Below, piece by piece: positions 18,801-25,318 of a stretch of 64,000 bases of DNA; the first letter of the stretch is position 1, and every line of letters starts with the position of its first letter. Made by a program: the position numbers and the translations under genes. A model generated the notes under the pieces. The model was not told where the DNA came from and did no database searches. It saw only the letters and a program-made list of their open reading frames with translations. This DNA comes from Polyangiaceae bacterium. Lineage in GTDB: Bacteria; Myxococcota_A; Polyangia; Polyangiales; Polyangiaceae. The stretch is from NCBI GenBank assembly GCA_050287085.1, contig JBNKBE010000007.1:64001-128000 (forward strand), given 5' to 3'.

Positions 18801-19601
18801 AGCCTGCTCCAGCCGAAACATCGCGTCCACATAATACACCCCGGGCTTAGTCCCCGGAGCAAAGAGACGGCAGCCATGGACCTCTGCCCGACGAGTATCC
18901 GCTCGCTCAGCGCTGAGCGGATCCCGGTCGAATAGGCGAGGCCATACATCAAGCGTCTCGGGCGCAAAGCTGCGCCCCAGTTCCGCACTATGACCACCAC
19001 CGAAAGGCCCCGCGAAGCGCGCGTAGGGACCGCAGCCAAGCTGGTGAGCGACGAAGTTTGCGATGTCGCCTTCGCCGCTTCGCTGGCGCGCCCGCAGCGC
19101 GAACGAAACCAAGCGATCCCTGGCGCCCACCCCGAGACCCCCCGGCGCTTCCAACGCACCCAAGACCCAGGGGCCCCATTCATTCCAGAGCGCCTCATCG
19201 TCCACAGAGTAGAAGAGCGCCTGCTGAATCGAGAACTCGCCCAGCAGCGCAGCGTCCGGGCCGCCTACACGACGAGCCACTTCCGCCGCCCGCAGGAAGT
19301 GTCCTGGGGCGCTGACGAGACGGCCGTGAAAGGCCGCATCAAGCCCCCGCAACACGTGTGCTTCCAGGCTCATCGCTCGGCTGCTATCGAGCGCCGCGCG
19401 AGCCCGACTGGCCTGCACAGGATCACCCCCAGGCAGCAACAGCTCGCGCTTGAGCCAACGCGTCGCGTCGCTGGGCGTAGCGGCCCCCTCGTGGCGCCAG
19501 CGCTGGTCGGCGGCGGGCTCGTGGACCCGTCGCGCACTCCCCGTGCAGGCGCTCACCGCAAGCGCGATCGCCCAAATGAAGCCAGCGCAGCGAGTCGTCA
19601 T
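15855..19601 (-). CDS. Large TPR + DUF3857 + degenerate transglutaminase-like lipoprotein (paralog B)
   Basis: Lipobox AVSAC; GPF...APE beta domain; TPRs; RVIKPDG...VTFPHLAVGDYIE (DUF3857-like); LFEWVVDNV; C-terminal RIAASDYPAFADF. Confidence 0.75.
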   Translation of the reverse strand: MTTRCAGFIWAIALAVSACTGSARRVHEPAADQRWRHEGAATPSDATRWLKRELLLPGGDPVQASRARAALDSSRAMSLEAHVLRGLDAAFHGRLVSAPGHFLRAAEVARRVGGPDAALLGEFSIQQALFYSVDDEALWNEWGPWVLGALEAPGGLGVGARDRLVSFALRARQRSGEGDIANFVAHQLGCGPYARFAGPFGGGHSAELGRSFAPETLDVWPRLFDRDPLSAERADTRRAEVHGCRLFAPGTKPGVYYVDAMFRLEQARSVVLEVQNAARVWVDGRLVLDRSPSRWATGLDTLAGLRLESGVHRVVARLPSAETRLRVLATDGKAASVTWLSEWEHTLPVLAPPGQVQANPLARYVTEQDVHPPRDPLKAVAAALLSLERDETEVAALLLEPLVKAPREAAGPALELAARVAAQDPLFDDSQRRDLARELYQLAIARDPHLWASETQVAAANTASEGLVAMAERLVSLAERYPEVPGFLEELARVYGELGWRVEQEAVLLQRARRFPASPGALLDAAEALSARGQSGGAESFRERALAIDPDNGIVLQRALAAEDFGVAKRELERLRLSRPDDDALREQAFRLAVTQSRRPSDVKDVWLKRLELEPRDTDTVLALYDLHLAEGDPEGAEGVWAEAVLAGADTRNLQTAQEVREGVSPLAQYRLNGFDVIRQWEASGRRIGGIAARILDYMAVRVRDDGSSELLEHEIVRLETEESIARFAELELRGEYLNMRVIKPDGRTFEPEHVAEKPTVTFPHLAVGDYIETESVLTTAPTGGAAYEGPRWMFREPDVAYARSEFVLLTPAHKPLEIEVTGSVVEPVVTNEGYYVARRWRMDDTPAAASEPFSVPLVESLPSVQASWGLTLRRRLHALGSSVRPLVPVDPRLRRIAKAIVAGLPRDGAKQRARKLFEWVVDNVQAGDELDGRKVVIGKHGNRFRAFKALADAVGVPVRWAVGRNRLAREPTTPGARAMAYSSTVFRVGESDPDWIVIDDVPYGYLPPGLRGAEAYVLDSGETQAVRLPEAAHADAIEYELSGVLGADGSLSYDLEQTYTGLYAAGLRQALREVPPKRLREVIEAKLAGVTGARVSRHSLLGVDTPRRPVRVRISAESGVFARVANRELYLELPFTFRVSQLARTSERTTAMLLVPGREERTIARLTLPEGFSARVEPPRSVELGRYRVAVSDRLEGGQLILDRALTLPASRIAASDYPAFADFVRRAAALLEAPVVVSPATAASEP

Positions 19602-22600
19602 AGCGAGACCGTCGCAGTCTCTGCCAGCGCCGCGTCCGCCGCCAGACAAAAGGCGCGAAAGGCTGGATAGTCGCGAGGCTCCACCCGTTGAACATCAAGC
19701 CACAGCTTCGAGTGGGCATGTAGGCTACCGTTTTCCACCGTAACGATCCGCTCGAAACCGCCAAAGCGCGTCCGCAGCGAAGCCTCCTTGGGCAAGCTAG
19801 CTACGCGCCCGCCGGGCGGGAGCCGAATGTGGTAGTCGCGCTCGACCGTCCCAAAAGCCTCCAGGTCCACGGGGTGCCGGCGCGTGGCCAGCGAAGCAAA
19901 GCGGTCGACAAGTCCCAACTTGGGCGCGAGCGGCACACGCGCAGTACCTGCCTCTCGCCAAAAAAGGCGGGGCACCACGCCACGCGCTGCACCCGTCACG
20001 GGGCGTTCGTAGTCCTCAGCTTGTAGCCGAACGCTGCTCGGTTGTATTTCGACGCCGGGAAACTCCGCGTTGAGCTGTCCCGCTAGACGCGCCGCGCGCG
20101 TCGAGGGCGATGCAAGTCGTTGACGCCACGCGCTTGCCCTTATGCCACTCACCTCAAACGTCGCATCAAACTCGGCCTGACCCTCCACTCCGAGCGCGAG
20201 GTGAACGCGCAGACTGTCACGGTTGTCACGCGCCGCCATCACCGGCAACACAACGGGACGCGCCTGCGCGGGCCCCACGCGAAGCGCCATTGCGCCCTGA
20301 TCCATAGCCGGGAGCTCCCCTGTTCCGGTCGCAACGGCGGTGCCGTCGAGGTATAGATCAAGACTCGGCACGTAGGCGATCGCGTGATCGAAGGGAGCCA
20401 GGCTGGCGACCTTCGAATCAAAGCGCCCGCGTAGTCCGGTCCGTACCAGAACCAGCTCGGCATCGATCCCCACCTCTTTGAGCAAGGCCACGATGACCGT
20501 CGCCTTGTCTTTGCAGTCGCCAAAGCCCCGCGCCACGGTCTGCACGCAGCGCCTTGGCTTGATGCCCCAAATGCCGAACTCCAGCGCCACATAGCGAGTA
20601 TTGTCGATCACCCAGCGGTAGATCGCCGCCACCTTCGCTCGCGCGTCAGGCGCGTCCTTCACCAGCTTGTGCGCCAGCTGTCGAGTCGTATCATCCAATT
20701 CAAACTGGTCTCGCACCAGGCCCCAGTACCAACGCCCCAGGGAATCATAGCTGTCGTAAGTCGACACATGCACAAAAGGAACCACCTCAGGCCAGGGTGG
20801 CATTCCAGGCTCGGCGTCCAAGGCAGGCACGGCATGTCGCTGAAAGCGCATGATGCGTTGCCCGTCCCGAACGAAGCTCGCCCTCTGCAGATCGGGCATG
20901 CCATGAACATCAATGTAGAAAGTTCGATGCTCGGGCGTAATCAGCACGTACTCGGCGCGCTGGATCGAGCTGCCATCCTGAAAGTAGTGGATGTCGCCAA
21001 AGTAGTCTCCGTGCTCATTGCGAGACGCAACGTCCTCAATCCGGTACTGAAGCTCCACGACATCGCCTGCTTCTAGCCGGGGGAATTGAACATTGTAGGT
21101 GCGAGCTGAAGTGTACATGGAGATCGACGGATCGTTGGCCTCACCCACGCCTGTTTCGATCGCCCGATCAACACGCCCATCGGTTCGATACACCTTGGCG
21201 CCCCGGAGCTGTACGCGCTGCGTCGAGGCCTCGAACTGGAAGCTATAACTGCGAGCCAGAGCGGCAGCCGCCGACGTCAGCGGCTGAAAGGCAATCTGCC
21301 TGAACTCGTGACTCAGGCCATTGTCGTAGACGGTCTTCACCGTCAGATCGAGCAGCTCACGGTGTACCTCGCCGGAAGCGTCTGCATTCCGCCTCGCTAG
21401 AAAGTCCGCTGCCGGAACAGCAAACGACTCATCCAGCTGGGCTGCCTGCGGCTCCAAGAAAGCAATATACTGCTGAACATCGCCATCCTGGGGTCGCAAT
21501 TCCGCCACGGCCCGGAGAGAGCGCAGCTGCTCGGCCCGATCTCCAAGCAGGCCCTGCAGATCCGCCAGCGCACTCAATACGCCTACGTCGTTCGGTGCAT
21601 AGAGCAAAGCGCGCTCCAACTCAGCGCGCGCTCGACCGTGTTCCCCGAGCTGCAGATAGGCATCCGCTACCTGCTCGCTCACCCACGCGCTATCTGGCTG
21701 TGTTTCGGCCAGCCGCTGCGCGAAGTGACGCACGGCGTAAGCGTGACCCCGATTGAGTGCCAGTTGCATGCGCGAGCGCAGATACTCGGGATCGTCCGCG
21801 CGAAACAGCGCATACCGATCCTCCGCCATGCGTGCCGCTTCCAGCATGCCTAGCCCGCGCAGCTCGCTCGCGTGCAGATTCAGCAAGTTGACGCAATATG
21901 GCGCTCGCTCAAGAGCGCGCTCAATAGCCACCAGCGCCACGCGCCGAAGCCCCACGCGTCGAAGAATCTCAACATAGCCCCCAAGCACCTCCACATCCGT
22001 CGGATGCTCTTGCAAGGCCTTCTCAAAGAGACGCGCTGCGCTGCGCCAATCCACGCTGCCGCGTTCGAGCTCAGCTCGGCCGCGGAGAACTCGATAATGC
22101 TCCTCGGCACTTGTCGCGACCGCTTCGGCCCGCTCGATCCACCGCCGCGCCTGGTTTCCATCCTCCGCCAATCCCGCGGCGAGCAACAACTCACGCGTCC
22201 CTGGACGAAGCTCTACGGCGCGCAGTGCGAGGTCACGTGCCTGCTCCTGCGCGGGATCCTCACCATGGCTTTGCGCAAGATATTTAGCAAATTGGTAGTG
22301 AGCATTCGCATCCTCGGGAGCCTTTGCGATCCACCCGTCAAACTCAGGCAATGTGCCCGTCACGGGGCCATGCGGGCGCACGGGCTGGCTCGGGGGCTGC
22401 ATAGCAGCCGCTAGTGACCAATCGGCCAGCGCGGTCACGGCTCCGCCCTGTGAGTCCGTTATGCGCAAACTCACGATCGGGGCCAACTCAGTCCCACAGG
22501 CCTTGAGCGTGATGGCGTGCAAGCCTGCCGGCGCGTCCACCTCACGTCGCAAACGATCGACGTCATGACCGCGATACGCCGCTTCTTCGAGCACGGTGAC

Positions 22601-23248
22601 ATCGTCAACATACAGTCGAAACGCGCCGCGCACGCCCGCACTCAAACGCAAGCGCCGAGGTTGCTCGAGCTGTACGTAGGTGCGCGCGTAGAAGCAGACG
22701 TTCTCAGCGGGACGAAATAGCGAAGCTGCGTTGAGCCACCCGAGCTCCGCTGCGCTCGTCGGAAGGCTCCGAAAGCGCACCGCACGCGACTTTCCGGAGA
22801 ACGCCCGCGCTTCGGATAGCGGTACGGTCAACTGGGCCTCCGGCCCGTAGCCCGTAGCGAATCCGTGCTTTCCTTCGTTATCGAACGGGCCAGCAACATG
22901 CCAACTGTTGACGTATCCAAGGGAGCGTATTGCGTCGCGAGCACCCGCAATATCGCCCAGACGTGTGCGGGCATGTGCGGCAAAGAACGCTGCGTATTCG
23001 CGTACCGACGACGGCAGGGTTTCATCGGAAGCCACGCGCCGAAGCGCTGCATCAACGGCCCGTGGGTCCTCACCGCTACCCCACTTGCCCCAAATCTCTC
23101 GGACAATGACGTAAGCTTCGGGGCCCTGCTGGACGTTGATCTGCTCAACCAAGTCTTCAACAGACGGTGGCTGGCCCCAGGCCCGGCCAGCCATGGAGCA
23201 GATGACCAACGCACAAATCAGCCAGAGGCGCAAATGCAACCCTACCAC
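19598..23248 (-). CDS. Large TPR + DUF3857 + transglutaminase-like protein (paralog A)
   Basis: GGGAGG SD 6 nt before the GTG at 23248; signal peptide; VQFPRLEAGDVVELQY; WVIDNTRYVALEFG, GDCKDKA, FDHAIAYV, LYLDGT (Cys-His-Asp triad). Confidence 0.85.
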   Translation of the reverse strand: MVGLHLRLWLICALVICSMAGRAWGQPPSVEDLVEQINVQQGPEAYVIVREIWGKWGSGEDPRAVDAALRRVASDETLPSSVREYAAFFAAHARTRLGDIAGARDAIRSLGYVNSWHVAGPFDNEGKHGFATGYGPEAQLTVPLSEARAFSGKSRAVRFRSLPTSAAELGWLNAASLFRPAENVCFYARTYVQLEQPRRLRLSAGVRGAFRLYVDDVTVLEEAAYRGHDVDRLRREVDAPAGLHAITLKACGTELAPIVSLRITDSQGGAVTALADWSLAAAMQPPSQPVRPHGPVTGTLPEFDGWIAKAPEDANAHYQFAKYLAQSHGEDPAQEQARDLALRAVELRPGTRELLLAAGLAEDGNQARRWIERAEAVATSAEEHYRVLRGRAELERGSVDWRSAARLFEKALQEHPTDVEVLGGYVEILRRVGLRRVALVAIERALERAPYCVNLLNLHASELRGLGMLEAARMAEDRYALFRADDPEYLRSRMQLALNRGHAYAVRHFAQRLAETQPDSAWVSEQVADAYLQLGEHGRARAELERALLYAPNDVGVLSALADLQGLLGDRAEQLRSLRAVAELRPQDGDVQQYIAFLEPQAAQLDESFAVPAADFLARRNADASGEVHRELLDLTVKTVYDNGLSHEFRQIAFQPLTSAAAALARSYSFQFEASTQRVQLRGAKVYRTDGRVDRAIETGVGEANDPSISMYTSARTYNVQFPRLEAGDVVELQYRIEDVASRNEHGDYFGDIHYFQDGSSIQRAEYVLITPEHRTFYIDVHGMPDLQRASFVRDGQRIMRFQRHAVPALDAEPGMPPWPEVVPFVHVSTYDSYDSLGRWYWGLVRDQFELDDTTRQLAHKLVKDAPDARAKVAAIYRWVIDNTRYVALEFGIWGIKPRRCVQTVARGFGDCKDKATVIVALLKEVGIDAELVLVRTGLRGRFDSKVASLAPFDHAIAYVPSLDLYLDGTAVATGTGELPAMDQGAMALRVGPAQARPVVLPVMAARDNRDSLRVHLALGVEGQAEFDATFEVSGIRASAWRQRLASPSTRAARLAGQLNAEFPGVEIQPSSVRLQAEDYERPVTGAARGVVPRLFWREAGTARVPLAPKLGLVDRFASLATRRHPVDLEAFGTVERDYHIRLPPGGRVASLPKEASLRTRFGGFERIVTVENGSLHAHSKLWLDVQRVEPRDYPAFRAFCLAADAALAETATVSL

Positions 23249-23514
23249 CCTATGCCTCCCACACCGGCCGAGATGGACGCCAGTCGGCTCGCGTGGCCGA
23301 TCCTCCCGTTTCGAACACAAGCCCCATTGGGACCGTCGATTCGCTTGCTGGCACTGCACGCAAAGGCTACAAAATGGCTCGGCATTTGGTGGTTCTCAAA
23401 GTTCGATTGCTGCATCACGCTTGGAAACGGCAGGGGCTCAGATGAACCGTCCATCTCTTCACACTTTTCTCTGTTCGACGCTTGGTGTGGTACGGAGCCC
23501 GCGAAGGAGCGCAA

Positions 23515-23997
23515 ATGGTTAATCCGCAGATGGTGATGTACGAGGAGGAGTTCAACCAGATCCAAGCCGTGGTTGAGCGCCTGGTCCGTGAGGCCAACGC
23601 CAAGGTTGTCTTCATTGTCGACAAGAATGGACAACTCATCTCCGCAGCTGGTGAGGTGGAGAACATCGACACGACGTCGCTCGCCTCATTGACGGCTGGC
23701 AATATCGCAGCCACCGGCGGGATCGCCAAGCTCCTACGCGAGAATGAGTTCGCAACTCAATTTCACGAAGGTGAAAACGCCAACATCCACATCCAGCTGG
23801 TTGGCAACCGCGTGATTCTCGTAGTGATTTTCGATTCAAAGTCGAGCCTGGGTCTGGTCCGGCTCAGGGTGCGCAAGGCCTCAGACGAACTCACCCGCAT
23901 TTTCGACGCATTGCTGTCCAAAATGCAGGAGCCGGGGAGCGACTCACCCTTCGCAGAGATCACCGATGACGACATCGACAACCTCTTCAACGATTGA
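23515..23997 (+). CDS. mglB: Gliding-motility roadblock/LC7 protein MglB (GAP of MglA)
   Basis: MYEEEF...EANAKVVFIVDKNGQLI...DTTSLASLTAGN..ATGG...FAEITDDDIDNLF; AAGGAG SD. Confidence 0.95.
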   Translation: MVNPQMVMYEEEFNQIQAVVERLVREANAKVVFIVDKNGQLISAAGEVENIDTTSLASLTAGNIAATGGIAKLLRENEFATQFHEGENANIHIQLVGNRVILVVIFDSKSSLGLVRLRVRKASDELTRIFDALLSKMQEPGSDSPFAEITDDDIDNLFND

Positions 23998-24009
23998 GGG
24001 CCAGACTCC

Positions 24010-24603
24010 ATGAGTTTCATCAACTACATGGCTCGTGAGATCAATTGTAAGATCGTCTACTACGGGCCCGGCCTCTGCGGAAAGACCACGAACCTTCAGC
24101 ACATCTACGAGCGCACGAACCCCGAAGCCAAGGGCAAGATGATCAGTCTTGCCACCGAAACGGAGCGCACTCTCTTTTTTGACTTCTTGCCCCTCTCGCT
24201 GGGAGAAATCCGCGGCTTCAAGACGCGATTTCACCTCTACACAGTCCCCGGTCAGGTGTTCTACGACGCCAGTCGAAAGCTGATTCTCAAGGGCGTCGAC
24301 GGCGTCATCTTCGTCGCCGATTCACAGATTGAACGCCTCGAAGCAAACCAGGAAAGCGTTGAAAACCTCCGGATCAATCTGGAGGAACAGGGCTTTGACC
24401 TGGATAAGCTCCCCTACGTCATCCAGTACAACAAGCGCGATCTTCCCAACGCCATGGAGGTCGAAGAACTCCGTTCTTTGCTCAACCCAACCAATGTGCC
24501 GGACTTTGAAGCTTCCGCGCGAACCGGGGAGGGGGTGTTCGACACCCTCAAGGCCGTAAGCAAGCTAGTGCTGGGCGAGCTCCGTCGAGGCGCTGGCGGA
24601 TAA
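24010..24603 (+). CDS. mglA: Small Ras-like GTPase MglA
   Basis: [42 protein letters not shown]. Confidence 0.97.
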   Translation: MSFINYMAREINCKIVYYGPGLCGKTTNLQHIYERTNPEAKGKMISLATETERTLFFDFLPLSLGEIRGFKTRFHLYTVPGQVFYDASRKLILKGVDGVIFVADSQIERLEANQESVENLRINLEEQGFDLDKLPYVIQYNKRDLPNAMEVEELRSLLNPTNVPDFEASARTGEGVFDTLKAVSKLVLGELRRGAGG

Positions 24604-24615
24604 CGTCTTACGCCA

Positions 24616-24646
24616 CGCCCGCCCGCGTCAGCTGCGGGGGCGGGCG
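24616..24646 (+). terminator. GC-rich hairpin after mglA
   Basis: CGCCCGCCC (24616-24624) pairs with GGGCGGGCG (24638-24646); no U-tract. Confidence 0.45.
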
Positions 24647-24719
24647 CAGCCGACTGGATACTGGCATCACCCCCCGAACGCGCACCCCAGGAAGGGCCAA
24701 GGCACGTCGGGAAGGGCTG

Positions 24720-24740
24720 AAACGGAGAGCTGGCTCTCCG
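24720..24740 (-). terminator. Intrinsic terminator downstream of the small basic ORF
   Basis: Minus strand CGGAGAGCCAGCTCTCCG followed by TTT, starting 7 nt after the TAA. Confidence 0.6.
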
Positions 24741-24747
24741 CAGCTTC

Positions 24748-24861
24748 TTACTTCTTCAGGCCCTGACGCCGACGGCGATTCTTTGCCTTCAGCTTTGCCT
24801 TCAACGTGCTGGTGGACTTGCGGCTCGTCTTGCGAGACTTCTTAGAGAGGGGAAGGTACAT
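24748..24861 (-). CDS. 37-aa very basic small protein MYLPLSKKSRKTSRKSTSTLKAKLKAKNRRRRQGLKK
   Basis: Translated by hand (below the ORF-track cutoff); ATG...TAA; flanked by a promoter and a terminator; all ten Lys codons are AAG. Confidence 0.7.
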   Translation of the reverse strand: MYLPLSKKSRKTSRKSTSTLKAKLKAKNRRRRQGLKK

Positions 24862-24870
24862 GGGGCGCGC

Positions 24871-24899
24871 ACTTTACGCGGGTCTGGCGTCGAGCGCAA
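24871..24899 (-). promoter_or_regulatory. Sigma70-like promoter of the small basic ORF
   Basis: TTGCGC - 17 nt - TAAAGT, ending 9 nt before the ATG. Confidence 0.55.
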
Positions 24900-24958
24900 G
24901 AGCGAGTAGTCAGCCTTCGCGCAGCAACCACGCGCGGGTGCCCGCTGGAATCAGGTGT

Positions 24959-25318
24959 TCAGTGCTCTCGCTTGGTGAGCAGCTTGGTGATCAGGTCCTG
25001 CGAATACCCGCTGAGCTCCTTGAATACGACGCCCATGCCTGACGGGCTGCTCTGCACGCGCACCACCTCGCCGACCCCCTGGATGCTCTCGATGCTGTCC
25101 ATGATGACAGTGAACTGCAGATCGACGCGCGTACCCACCGGCAACGGGGCGTCCGTCTTGATGAAGACACCGCTCTGCGAGATGTTGGTCACGTATTCCT
25201 GAATGAACTGATCAAAGGAGTCAAACTCCTTGTTGATCGTGACTCGTGCCTCTTGTCTGCCGCTAGGCTCCGAGACTTCGGCGAGCTCCTCAGCGCCCTT
25301 GAAGGTCGTATTGTTCAA
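24959..25318 (-). CDS. Stand-alone PilZ-domain protein (myxobacterial TIGR02266-like)
   Basis: RQEAR (RxxxR) and NISQSG (D/NxSxxG); FIQEYVTNIS..GVFI...LPVGT...GEVVR...GMGV.F. Confidence 0.85.
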   Translation of the reverse strand: MNNTTFKGAEELAEVSEPSGRQEARVTINKEFDSFDQFIQEYVTNISQSGVFIKTDAPLPVGTRVDLQFTVIMDSIESIQGVGEVVRVQSSPSGMGVVFKELSGYSQDLITKLLTKREH

